DNA of 64,000 bases, taken from the NCBI GenBank assembly GCA_963821525.1, contig CAWGED010000005.1:192001-256000 (forward strand). The letters run 5' to 3'. Under the pieces are notes generated by a model. It worked only from the letters and a program-made list of their open reading frames with translations, ran no database searches and was not told the DNA's origin. The translations under genes and the position numbers were made by a program. The DNA is from an uncultured Gemmatimonadales bacterium (lineage in GTDB: Bacteria > Gemmatimonadota > Gemmatimonadetes > Gemmatimonadales > GWC2-71-9). Positions 1 to 10,803 of this stretch are shown here, in pieces (within the stretch, counting starts at the first letter, position 1; each line of letters opens with the position of its first letter).

Positions 1-186
1 GGCTTCCTCGACGACGTCGAGGTCAAGTCGATCCGGAAGTGGGAAGCGGATTTCCTCGCGTACCTCGAGGCGCAGCATCCCGCCGTGCTGCAGGGCATCC
101 GTACCAAGAAGACGCTGGACGAGGACCTGACGGGCAAGCTCAAGGCCGCGATCGCCGCCTTCAAGCCGCTGTTCCGGGCCGAGTAA
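1..186 (+). CDS. atpA: F1Fo ATP synthase subunit alpha, C-terminal end (partial)
   Basis: Frame 1 reads [61 protein letters not shown], directly before atpG. Confidence 0.9.
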   Translation, partial: GFLDDVEVKSIRKWEADFLAYLEAQHPAVLQGIRTKKTLDEDLTGKLKAAIAAFKPLFRAE

Positions 187-1088
187 ATGGCCAAGTCTCG
201 CGGCGCTCCGGGGACGGATCCGCTCCGTGCAGAACACCCGCAAGATCACGCGGACGATGGAGCTGGTCTCCACGTCCAAGCTCAAGCGGGCCCAGGATCG
301 CGTCGTCGCGGCGCGGCCCTACGCGGAGGCGCTGGCGCGAAGTCATCGCCGATCTGGTCACGCCCGAGCTGCCAGGCCCGATTCCCGCTGCTCCGGCAGC
401 CGGCGCCGCACGGCAAGGGCGGTCCCAAGCGGGCGGCGGTCATCCTGATCACGTCCAACCGCGGGCTGGCCGGCGGGTTCAACTCCAACCTGATCAAGGA
501 AGCCCGCCGCCGCATCGAGGCGCTCGAGGGCGCGGGCTACACCGTCGATCTGCACGGCGTGGGTAAGAAGGGCATCGGGTACTTCAGGTACATCGGGCGC
601 GCCGCTGGCACTCAGCGGCTCGACATCGGTGACAAGCCGACGGCCGATCACGCCTCGGAGCTGGTGGCTCCGCTGATCGAGGAGTTCGCGGCGGGACGGC
701 TCGCCAGCGTGGACATGGTCTACGCCAAGTTCAACAGCCCGCTGTCCACGCCGCCGACGCCTGCTGCCGGTCCTCCCGGTCGAGACGCCGGAGCGGCCGA
801 AGGGCGGCAGTGCGGCCCGACTACATCCTCAAGCCCGGGGCGGACGAAATCCTGGAGCAGCTGTTGCCGCTCTACGTCCGGAACCTGGTGTACCGGGGCC
901 TGGTCGAGACCGCCGCGTCGGAGCACGGCGCCCGGCGCACCGCGATGAAGAACGCGACCGACAACGCCGGTGAGATTCACGATCTGCTGAAGCGCACCTA
1001 CAACCGCCAGCGCCAGGCGGCGATCACGCAGGAAATCGCGGAGATCGTCGGCGGGGCAGCGGCGCTTGGAGGGATAGTCGCCGATTGA
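187..1088 (+). CDS. atpG: ATP synthase subunit gamma (frameshifted)
   Basis: [28 protein letters not shown] and [18 protein letters not shown]...[16 protein letters not shown] lie in different frames; the true stop may be ~1077. Confidence 0.95.
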
Positions 1089-1156
1089 AGATCGAAGAAT
1101 TCAGATTGAAGATTGAAACAGCTAGCAGCTAATGGCTAACAGCTAACACAGCTAAC
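1083..1156. repeat. Intergenic heptamer tandem repeats (GATTGAA-type, then GCTAACA-type)
   Basis: gattgaagatcgaagaattcagattgaagattgaa followed by cagctagcagctaatggctaacagctaacacagctaac. Confidence 0.8.
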
Positions 1157-1172
1157 GGACCGACAGGCACAC

Positions 1173-2853
<1,681 letters not shown>

Positions 2854-2864
<11 letters not shown>

Positions 2865-3469
2865 GCTTCTGGTGTTTTTAGTAGCGGCAGGACTGGCGTC
2901 AACGGCAGGGACGTTGCCGGCGCAGACGCTCGGCACGCCAATTTTCATGGCGCCGACCCGCGCGTTTCAGAAACAGGAATTAGGTGGTTATATCTCGGAT
3001 CCCGGCGAAGGGGTGAGCATCGCGATCGAGGGCGAGTACCGGCGCTTCCATAAGACCTTCGACTGGGGTTTCCAGGGCGGTTACATGGACGCAGATGGTG
3101 GCGGCGACAACATCGGCGCGCTCGGTATTGATGCCCGCGCCGTCCTCGCCAAGCACAGCGAGGATTTCCCGCTCGACGCTGCGGTGACGGGTGGCTTTGG
3201 GGTTCTCTTTTCCGGCGGTGACGTCGGTTTCCTCATCCCGCTCGGCGTTTCGCTTGGGACGCCAGGTCCTGCTGGAAGAGTCCAAGATCAGCTTCACCCC
3301 CTACGTCCACCCGGTCATTGCTCCGGCCTTCGGCGACCTGTTCGACGACGCTCAGTTTGGTCTGGGTCTCGGCGTGGATATCACCCTCACCAAGACGTTC
3401 GATGTTCGGGTGAGCGGTGCGGTGGGGGACTACGAAGGAGTGGGGATCGGCGTAGCGTGGCATAAGTGA
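2854..3469 (+). CDS. Putative small outer-membrane beta-barrel protein (frameshift ~3255)
   Basis: Signal peptide, alternating Gly/hydrophobic strands, ends GVGIGVAWHK. Confidence 0.6.
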
Positions 3470-3513
3470 GTAGCCCGCTGCCGGCCTGTTTCTTATCAGC
3501 CGTTCCCGTATGA

Positions 3514-3550
3514 CACGACCCTCCTCGGCGTGGAGCCGAGGAGGGTTGTG
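3514..3550 (+). terminator. Stem-loop after the atp operon/OMP gene
   Basis: accctcctcggc-gtgga-gccgaggagggt, perfect 12-bp stem. Confidence 0.6.
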
Positions 3551-3651
3551 CTATCAGGCCCGTTTCACGGCGTCCGATCTCTGCCCACCAGATTGACGAA
3601 CCCCGCGCGACGCCGCTACCTTGCGCGCCGATTCGACTCGATTCCCCGGAG

Positions 3652-4293
3652 GTGTTGATGCGGCGGTACCCGACAGTGCTTGCTGCGGCGTGCGTGTTGC
3701 TCGCCGGTCCGCTCGAGGCGCAGGTCACTGGCCTCCCCACCCGCAATGCCGGCATCCCCAGCGGCCTCAGTGTCGGAGCCGAAGTGGGCTTCCCCAACTC
3801 CGACTACGGCGATGGAACCGCGTATGGGGCACGGGGCGCGATCGGGTTCGGCACCATCGGACTCTCGGCGATCATCTCCCACTTCGATCCTGAGGGGTCG
3901 GTCGATGGCTACACCGCCCTCGGCGGCGACCTCAATCTCAAGGTCTTCGGCGGTCCATTGGTCCCGCTCTCCGTGACTTTACAGGCCGGTGCCGAATACG
4001 CCGACCCGTCGGGTCCGGGAACCGTCGTCCACGCGCCGATCGGCCTGGGTATCGCGCTCACAATTCCCAATCCCAACCTCGCCATCAGGCCCTGGATCGC
4101 TCCGCGGGTTGATGTCACCCGAGTCACTGGAAATGTCGATGAGACCAACACCAACTTCGGACTCTCGGGCGGCATCGATCTGAATTTGATTTTCGGGCTC
4201 GGCCTGACGTTCTCTTACGATCAGGTTTGGGGCGACAACGGCGTGAAGCCCTCGGTGTTCGGTGTGGGAGCCAACTGGACGTTCGGACTCTGA
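3652..4293 (+). CDS. Putative outer-membrane beta-barrel protein
   Basis: Signal peptide (LEA-Q), amphipathic strands, ends FGVGANWTFGL. Confidence 0.7.
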   Translation: MLMRRYPTVLAAACVLLAGPLEAQVTGLPTRNAGIPSGLSVGAEVGFPNSDYGDGTAYGARGAIGFGTIGLSAIISHFDPEGSVDGYTALGGDLNLKVFGGPLVPLSVTLQAGAEYADPSGPGTVVHAPIGLGIALTIPNPNLAIRPWIAPRVDVTRVTGNVDETNTNFGLSGGIDLNLIFGLGLTFSYDQVWGDNGVKPSVFGVGANWTFGL

Positions 4294-4297
4294 TCGC

Positions 4298-4675
4298 GTG
4301 AATTTCCGCCTGCATCTGCCCGCCCGGATCATTCTTGCCGCGGGACTGCTCCTCGTGTCGGGCTGCGCCAACACGTTCGACGCGACACGGCTTGGCGTGC
4401 CGGTGACCATGGCATCAGGTGGCGACGCCCCCGCACAGGGCACCTCGTTCAAGGTGACCTCGCACGCCGTTTACGGTTTCTGGGGCGTGGTCCAGTTCTC
4501 TGAACCGTCGCTCAAGAAGGCCTTGAGCAGCCAGCTGGTCGGGGGAGCCGGAGTAGCCGACCTCAAAATCAAGGTCCGCAGCAGGTTTCTCGATGTGATC
4601 ATTACCGGGCTTACGCTCGGGATTATCGTGCCGCGCTCGGTGACGTTTGAAGGCGTTGTAGTCCAGCCGAAGTAA
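4298..4675 (+). CDS. Lipoprotein, Bor/TRL-like
   Basis: Lipobox VSGC; YGFWGVV and ITGLTLGIIVPRSV. Confidence 0.55.
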   Translation: MNFRLHLPARIILAAGLLLVSGCANTFDATRLGVPVTMASGGDAPAQGTSFKVTSHAVYGFWGVVQFSEPSLKKALSSQLVGGAGVADLKIKVRSRFLDVIITGLTLGIIVPRSVTFEGVVVQPK

Positions 4676-5957
4676 CCAGCCCCTCAACCATTCGCGCGCA
4701 GCGCTCCGCCGCTCCGCGTCCCTGATCGACCACCGCCCGGGCGACCCGTCCCGCCGCGGCCCGGGCCGCTTCATCCGTGTGCCAGGCAGTCCACGCGCGG
4801 ACGAGGTCCGCGGCTCCGGTCGCGCCTCGCCGGATGGAAAGCCCGCCTCCCTGAGCCAATAGCCGGCTCGCGTCCAGGCTCTCGTGCCAGTGGGGGCCCA
4901 CGGTCACCGGAATCGCCCAGGCCGAGGGCTCCAGTACCGAATGGAGGCCCGCGGTGCCAAACGCGCCGCCCACATGAGCAACTTTTCCTGCTCCGTACAA
5001 CCTCGCGAGCCTTCCGGAGCGATCCTCGACCATGAGGGGTGCGGGTTTGACGGCGTCCGCCACAAGCACCGGGGGAGGCAGCCCGAGTTGAGCCGCGGTG
5101 CGTTCGATCCGGTGGAGCTGACGGGATGATGGTTCGTGAGGCACCAGGATGAGCCGGGAGTCGGGGTGCTGCCGTCGCAGTGTCCTGAAAGCGCTGAGCA
5201 GCACCTGATCGTCGGAGTGCCAGGTCGATCCCCCCACGATGGTCCATGCATCCGCACCCAGGGCTAGCAGGGGGTCTTCCGGTGACACCTCGGCGACCTT
5301 GGCCGCGACGCTGTCGTAGCGCGGGTCGCCCAGCGTCTGGATTCGATCCGCTTCCACGCCAAGTTGGACGAGCCGGTCGGCATCGTCTTCCGATGCCGTT
5401 CCGACGGCGTCCAGGACAGAGTACCCCGGATGGAGCAATGCGCGGATCGGCCACCGGAGCCTGCCGCTGTGCGGCCGCACTGTCCCCGTGATCAATCCGA
5501 GCTTGATGCCACGCTGATGCGCCCTGGTGGCGAGCTCGGGCCAGATATCGACTTTGGTGAAGATCAGGACGGTGGGGGAGAGGAGGTCGAGGAACTCGGT
5601 GACGTCGTGCACCCGGTCGTAGGGGAGGTATCCGGTAACGTCGGCGGGGAGCTTCGTCAGAAGCGGTTCAGCCGAGGGACTGAAACAGCTGAAACCGATC
5701 TGCCAATCGGGCTGCAGGCGGCGGAGCTCACGCATCACCGCCTCGGCCTGGCGTGCTTCTCCCACCGATGGCGCGTGAAACCAGACCAGCGGCTTTGCCA
5801 GGTCGCGGCTCGCAGCGGCCCATTGGCGGAATCCTTCGAGACTCGCTGCGCGCCCTTCATGCCCGAGCACGATCTTCCGGCTCCAGGCCCCCGCCACCGG
5901 TGCGAGTGCGGTGCCGAGCGTGATCGCGGCGCGATAGAACGGGTTGGTTTCGGTCAA
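4623..5957 (-). CDS. waaA: Kdo transferase family glycosyltransferase
   Basis: VWFHAPSVGE, YLPYD, DIWPE, LILVPHEP, VGGAFG...HSVLEP. Confidence 0.85.
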   Translation of the reverse strand: MTETNPFYRAAITLGTALAPVAGAWSRKIVLGHEGRAASLEGFRQWAAASRDLAKPLVWFHAPSVGEARQAEAVMRELRRLQPDWQIGFSCFSPSAEPLLTKLPADVTGYLPYDRVHDVTEFLDLLSPTVLIFTKVDIWPELATRAHQRGIKLGLITGTVRPHSGRLRWPIRALLHPGYSVLDAVGTASEDDADRLVQLGVEADRIQTLGDPRYDSVAAKVAEVSPEDPLLALGADAWTIVGGSTWHSDDQVLLSAFRTLRRQHPDSRLILVPHEPSSRQLHRIERTAAQLGLPPPVLVADAVKPAPLMVEDRSGRLARLYGAGKVAHVGGAFGTAGLHSVLEPSAWAIPVTVGPHWHESLDASRLLAQGGGLSIRRGATGAADLVRAWTAWHTDEAARAAAGRVARAVVDQGRGAAERCARMVEGLVTSAGLQRLQTSPSAAR

Positions 5958-6007
5958 GGAACGCCGGGCGGTAAGAGCGCCGCTTTGGAGTGAGCCATCC
6001 TGTCGAC

Positions 6008-6037
6008 TTGCGAGAGCGCCCTGCCTACTGCTAAACT
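6008..6037 (+). promoter_or_regulatory. Sigma70-like promoter with extended -10
   Basis: TTGCGA (6008-6013), 18 nt, TAAACT (6032-6037) with TG at 6029-6030. Confidence 0.5.
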
Positions 6038-6082
6038 AAGTCCGTTCGCCCTATGTTCCACCCTGTGAGAGGAGGTGATCCA

Positions 6083-6142
6083 TTGTCTAGTGAGAGTTGC
6101 ATCCGTAGCTCGAGCAGGGCAAGCGATCGCCTGAGCGAGTAG
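6083..6142 (+). CDS. Putative 19-aa Ser-rich peptide MSSESCIRSSSRASDRLSE
   Basis: TTG start immediately after AGGAGGTGATCCA; TAG at 6140-6142. Confidence 0.4.
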   Translation: MSSESCIRSSSRASDRLSE

Positions 6143-6201
6143 CGGCGTCGAAGTGACGCCGGAGGCCCGAGGCCGATCGTCTCGAGCTCGATGACAACCG
6201 A

Positions 6202-6245
6202 CCGCGCCATTCCGTGAACTCACGGGGTGGCGCGGCCTGCTTTTC
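6202..6245 (+). terminator. Intrinsic terminator-like hairpin
   Basis: ccgcgccattccgtg-aact-cacggggtggcgcgg (15 bp, 2 G-U) then cctgctttt. Confidence 0.65.
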
Positions 6246-6286
6246 CCTCCTCAGTCCTCAGTCCTTTCCCTCATTACTTTCTTTCC

Positions 6287-7012
6287 ATGCCCTCCTACTG
6301 GTCCACCACCCGGGCCCCCCGCTACAGCCTCACCTTCGCCTTCCCATTGCTGATCCTCTACGAGTTCATGGCCCGCGGCCTGTCCGGGCCGGACGGCTCG
6401 GGGATCCGGAATGGGGCCGATGTTCTTCTCAAGAGCCTGTTCGTCCTGCTGGGCGGAGGACATGGCCTGACGATCTTCGGGGTGCTTCTGCTGGGCACCG
6501 GCATAGTCCTGGTGTGGCGAGACCGGCGGAAGAACGGGCCCATCGAGGGCCGGTACTTCGTTGGGATGCTGGCGGAGTCCGTGGTCTACGCGGTGCTGTT
6601 CGGGGTGGTGACGAGCCTGCTCACGACGCTGGTGCTTCAGGGACCGAGACTCCTGGCGCTCGGTCCAATGGAGGGACAGGGCCTCGGCACCCAGATCATG
6701 GTTTCGCTGGGTGCCGGGATCTACGAGGAATTGCTGTTCCGGGTCCTGATTGTCGGGGCGCTGTCGCGGTTTGCGATCGGGGCCTTCCAGATGAAGCCCT
6801 TTCCGGCGGGAGTCTTCGCGACGCTTCTGGGAGCGGTCATCTTCGCGGCATTTCACTATGTCGGCCCGCTGGGCGACAGCTTCGAGCTGACCTCCTTTAC
6901 CTTCCGCACCATTGCCGGCGTGTTGCTGAGCGCCCTGTATCTCGTCCGGGGCTTCGGCGTCACGGCCTGGACCCACGCGTTGTACGATGTGTTGCTGACG
7001 GTGGCGCGGTAG
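6287..7012 (+). CDS. CPBP (CAAX/Abi) intramembrane glutamic endopeptidase
   Basis: GIYEELLFR, IFAAFHY, HALYD motifs; multiple TM segments. Confidence 0.88.
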   Translation: MPSYWSTTRAPRYSLTFAFPLLILYEFMARGLSGPDGSGIRNGADVLLKSLFVLLGGGHGLTIFGVLLLGTGIVLVWRDRRKNGPIEGRYFVGMLAESVVYAVLFGVVTSLLTTLVLQGPRLLALGPMEGQGLGTQIMVSLGAGIYEELLFRVLIVGALSRFAIGAFQMKPFPAGVFATLLGAVIFAAFHYVGPLGDSFELTSFTFRTIAGVLLSALYLVRGFGVTAWTHALYDVLLTVAR

Positions 7013-7014
7013 CG

Positions 7015-7153
7015 GTCGAGGTCGATGGTCGATGGTCGATGGTCAATGGTCTAAGGTCGTGAGTCTAGGGTCTTGAGTCTTGTGACCATGACTCATGACC
7101 CAAGACCTATGACCAACGACCTATCGACTATCGACTATCGACTATTGACTATC
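7015..7153. repeat. Inverted heptamer repeat arrays between convergent genes
   Basis: (gtcgatg)n...gagtcttg then catgacc...(tatcgac)n. Confidence 0.8.
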
Positions 7154-7776
7154 ACCCTTCACCCCCGTCCTCACCTTCCACAACGAATCCAGAATGTGCC
7201 GGTAGGTTTCGAGGGGTGCGGCTCCCTTGAGTAGTCCGGCTCCCTCGATGTAGACCGTCGGCGTGCTGGAGACGCCGGAGCGGGCGGCCGAATTGGCTTC
7301 GCTCTGGATGAGGCCCGGGTTTCCTGCTTCTGGAGACAGGAAACAATCGAGTCTCGCGGCACGCCGGCCGAGTCGGCGAGCGTGAGGAGAAACGGCGCCG
7401 GATCCTTGAGCGGGGCCCACTTGGACTGGTACTGGAAGAGCAGGTCGTGGATCGGCCAGAAATGATCGGCCTTGGCGGCGCACATCGCGAACTCGGCGGC
7501 CGCCCCCGCGTTGGGATGGAGATCGGTGATCGGGAAGTTCACGAAGATCCAGCGCACTTTTCCGGTCGAGATGAATTCCTGTTCCAACTGCGGCAGCACT
7601 TCCATGGCCTGCTTCCGGCACCAGGGACACTGGAAGTCTGACATTTCGTAGACCGTGACCGGCGCCGTCGGCGAACCCTTGGTTCGTGCGGCAACCAGGC
7701 CCGGATCCTTGAGCTGCGCCGCGGCGCTCGTGAAGCCGCCGATCGTCAGCAAGAGCGCCAGCATCGGAATTCGCAT
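7142..7776 (-). CDS. DsbA family thioredoxin-fold protein (frameshift ~7315)
   Basis: EMSDFQCPWC, NFPITDLHPNA, GVSSTPT. Confidence 0.88.
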
Positions 7777-7777
7777 G

Positions 7778-8524
7778 TTAGTACCTCGACTGCCGCTTTC
7801 CCGTCGTGCGATCGAGCACGATCTTGCCACTGCGGATCGGGACATTCCAGTACCATTCTGCGTTGGGATCGTCGGCCACCCACGAACGAGCGTACACCCA
7901 CCAGTCGCCATTCGGCAACCGGATCGTCACCGAACCATCGGCGCCCGTCGTGTCTGGAATCGGCTGGCGTCCAACTACATTGTTGAGCCGGTCGACGATA
8001 CTGTCGTAGCCCTTATAGGTGCTATCTTGCCAACGGCTCATCAGTTCGCGGAGGCTGTCGATCGGCGCGGCCAGCGTGTCGCGAGCCTTCTTGAGCTGGA
8101 GTTGTGCCGCGTCGCGCCGCTTGGCGAAGTCGGCGAGCGAGTCGGAGAGGGTGTTGAAGTGCCGGTAAAGGAACGCGTAGTCCGGTGCCGACCGCGGCAT
8201 TGAATCGAGCCGGACCTTGAGGCGTGCGAGGGAATCCTGGGTGCGGGTCACGGCCAGCGACGCAGTGACGTAGGCGTGGAACGGCTTCTGGAAGGCATGG
8301 AACAGCGTATCCAGTCGCTGCTTGATCCGTGTCGGCGGGGTGGCCTTGGCCTCGAGCAGGGCGATGATGCTGTCCCGGTCGTAGGAGAGTACGATCAGTG
8401 GTAGGTTCGCCACCGGCGCGTCAACAGAATCGGGGCCGGGAATGGCGACGTCTACACGGACTTCCCGGCCGCCGCAGGCGGCCAGAACCAGAGCGAGCGT
8501 GATCAAACAGCGGGGCACAGGCAA
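7778..8524 (-). CDS. Hypothetical lipoprotein with coiled-coil segment
   Basis: Lipobox LAAC; 248-aa ORF co-oriented with dsbA. Confidence 0.65.
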   Translation of the reverse strand: MPVPRCLITLALVLAACGGREVRVDVAIPGPDSVDAPVANLPLIVLSYDRDSIIALLEAKATPPTRIKQRLDTLFHAFQKPFHAYVTASLAVTRTQDSLARLKVRLDSMPRSAPDYAFLYRHFNTLSDSLADFAKRRDAAQLQLKKARDTLAAPIDSLRELMSRWQDSTYKGYDSIVDRLNNVVGRQPIPDTTGADGSVTIRLPNGDWWVYARSWVADDPNAEWYWNVPIRSGKIVLDRTTGKRQSRY

Positions 8525-8528
8525 CCGG

Positions 8529-9402
8529 GTGAGGGGGACCGAAGGGGTATTCGGGCCGGGGAAAGCTAGGCGAGTCCTGGGGTTGCTTCAACTCATCCCG
8601 GCGCTGCTCGTGGCACAGCAGAGCGGCGGAATCGACTCGCTCTTTCCCGCGCGCCCCACCGGGTACCTCACCGACGTTGCTGGCGTCGTGGATCAACCGT
8701 CGGCCTCCCGGATCGAAGACCTTGCCGCCCGCCTCCGGACCGCCACGGGCGCTGAGCTCGCCGTGGTTACCCTCCCCACTCAAGGACGCTACGAAACCTC
8801 CGAGCTTGCCCTGGCCATCGGTCGGGCTTGGGGCGTGGGGGCCAAGGCCGAGATCGGCGACCAGCGCCGCAACGCGGGCCTGGTACTCCTCGTCGTGCCG
8901 AAACGCGAAGGACAAAAGGGCGGGCTCTACCTCGCCACCGGGCGCGGAGTCGAGGGCATCGTCACCGATGCCACCGCCGGCCGGATTCTGGATCTCATGA
9001 TCCCGCAGCTCCGACAGGGTGAATACGGGCCCGGCGCTCGTCACCGGCACCGAGGCGATCGCAAGCACCGTCGCCAAGGGCTTCGGTGTCACCGACTCCG
9101 CCCTCACCGCGGCCGATCCCTTCAAGAGCTCCGGGGGCGGTGAGGGCGGCATTCCGGGCTGGGTGATTCCGGTTCTGTTCATCCTCGTGTTCTTTGTTCT
9201 GCCCATGTTGGCGCGCGCCGGTCGCGGCCGCGGTGGTCGAGGGGGTAGAGGCGGCCCCCCGATTTACTGGGGACCGGGCTGGGGTGGCGGTGGCTGGGGC
9301 GGTGGCTTTGGCGGTGGAGGTTTTGGTGGTGGTGGGGGAGGATTCGGCGGCTTTGGTGGTGGCGGCGGGTTCAGTGGTGGCGGTGCGGGAAGGAGCTTCT
9401 GA
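8529..9402 (+). CDS. TPM domain protein with Gly-rich tail (frameshift ~9030; start uncertain)
   Basis: GYLTDVAGV, AELAVVTLP, WGVG, ATGRGVEG, GGFSGGGAGRSF. Confidence 0.88.
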
Positions 9403-10124
9403 TGAGCAACGACGTCGAGCAACTGCTCCAGTCATTTCTCACTCGGGCCGATCAGGCAGGGTTGGGCAACTACGTTGCCGTACTCTACGGTTCCCATGCC
9501 CGGGGGCATGCGCTGCCCCGCCGGTCGGACGTGAACCTGCTCCTGATTCTGGACCAGGTAGACGCTGCGAGGCTGCGAGCATTGGGCCCCGCGTTCAGCG
9601 AATGGGAGGCGGCCGGGCAACCGCCACCAATAATTCTATCGAAGGTGGACTGGGAGCGGTCGGCCGACGCGTTCCCGCTCGAGATCTCCGACATGGCGTT
9701 GGCATACCGGGTCCTCAGGGGAGACAATCCGCTCGCGAGCATCGCCGTGGATCGCGCCGACCTCCGACGCGCGCTGGAGCGGGAGCTGCGCGGCAAGATG
9801 CTCCGGCTGAGACAAGCCTACGCCACGTTCACCGGCAAAGGGGACCGCCTGGCGGAGCTGGCGCAGGGTAGCGCGGGAGTCATCCAGTTTCTCTTCCGGA
9901 TGCTGGTCAGTGTCGCCGGGGAAGCTCCCCCGGGAGACGCCCAGCAGGCGGCGGCCGCGGCGGGCCGGCTTGCCGGCTTCGATCCCGCCGCCACCCAGAC
10001 AGTCTTCGCCCATCGGGGCGACCCCAATTGGCGCTGTAGCGACGAGGATTTCGTAGGGTATCTTCACGCGGTGGAAGCGGCCGCGCGCTTTGTGGACCAA
10101 CTTCAGACTGGAGAGCGGAGATGA
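9402..10124 (+). CDS. Nucleotidyltransferase-fold protein
   Basis: VLYGSHARG...SDVNLLLI; DAFPLEI. Confidence 0.7.
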   Translation: MSNDVEQLLQSFLTRADQAGLGNYVAVLYGSHARGHALPRRSDVNLLLILDQVDAARLRALGPAFSEWEAAGQPPPIILSKVDWERSADAFPLEISDMALAYRVLRGDNPLASIAVDRADLRRALERELRGKMLRLRQAYATFTGKGDRLAELAQGSAGVIQFLFRMLVSVAGEAPPGDAQQAAAAAGRLAGFDPAATQTVFAHRGDPNWRCSDEDFVGYLHAVEAAARFVDQLQTGERR

Positions 10125-10684
10125 TGCGGTACCTTCGGCTGTCTCTGTTGCTGCTCGCGGTGACGGCCACTGGCTGCGGCTATAACAGGATCCAGGCAAT
10201 GGACGAGCAGGTCAATTCCGCCAAGGGACAGATTGCGGCCCAGCTGCAGCGGCGGGCCGACCTGATCCCGAACCTGGTGGAAACGGTGAAGGGCTACGCC
10301 AAGCACGAAGAGACGATCTTCACCGAAGTCGCCAACGCGCGGGCCAAGCTCGCGGGCAGCGTGCAGTCGGGGAATGTCGAGGAGATGGCGCAGGCCAACC
10401 AGGCCATGAACGGCTCGCTGGGACGCCTCCTCGCGATCGCCGAGAACTATCCGCAGCTCAAGGCTGATCAGAACTTCCGCCAGTTTGCCGACGAGCTGGC
10501 CGGCACCGAGAACCGGATCTCCGTGGCTCGGCAGGACTACAATACCGCGGCGCAGCAGTACAACACCTTCATCCGCACCTTCCCCTACAACCTCACGGCG
10601 AAGGTCTTCGGCGCCGGGGGACCCAAGCCCTACTTTGAGGCGAAGGAGGGGGCGGAGGAGGCGCCGTCTGTGAAGTTCAATTAG
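10121..10684 (+). CDS. lemA: LemA family protein
   Basis: QRRADLIPNLVETVKGYAKHE, ENYPQLKA, GTENRISVARQDYN. Confidence 0.95.
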   Translation: MMRYLRLSLLLLAVTATGCGYNRIQAMDEQVNSAKGQIAAQLQRRADLIPNLVETVKGYAKHEETIFTEVANARAKLAGSVQSGNVEEMAQANQAMNGSLGRLLAIAENYPQLKADQNFRQFADELAGTENRISVARQDYNTAAQQYNTFIRTFPYNLTAKVFGAGGPKPYFEAKEGAEEAPSVKFN

Positions 10685-10689
10685 TCGGG

Positions 10690-10803
10690 AGCTGTTAGCT
10701 GTTAGCTATTGGCGGTCAGAAACTAAGAACCCTCCGGGGACACACCGGAGGGTTCGCTTTTCTGGGAGCTGCTAACAGCTAATCGCTAACAGCTAGCCGC
10801 TAG
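10690..10803. repeat. Inverted GCTGTTA/TAACAGC heptamer arrays enclosing a terminator hairpin
   Basis: gctgttagctgttagct...gaaccctccgg-ggacaca-ccggagggttc...gctaacagctaatcgctaacagctag. Confidence 0.8.

Larger units (their letters stand above)
6043..6245 (+). ncRNA. Candidate structured small RNA or sORF-containing transcript
   Basis: Promoter upstream, irregular rod 6096-6198, strong terminal hairpin; family not recognised. Confidence 0.45.

Noticed and set aside
6070..6082. AGGAGGTGATCCA as a 16S rRNA gene remnant on the minus strand
   Set aside because: The match stops after 13 nt (continues TTGTC, not GCCGCA) and no other rRNA sequence is nearby
9235..9395. GGY-rich low-complexity tract
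   Set aside because: Encodes the normal Gly-rich tail of TPM proteins
9402..10124. NTase as an MNT-HEPN toxin-antitoxin or CBASS cyclase
   Set aside because: No partner toxin or effector, degenerate catalytic motif, and coupled to TPM/lemA
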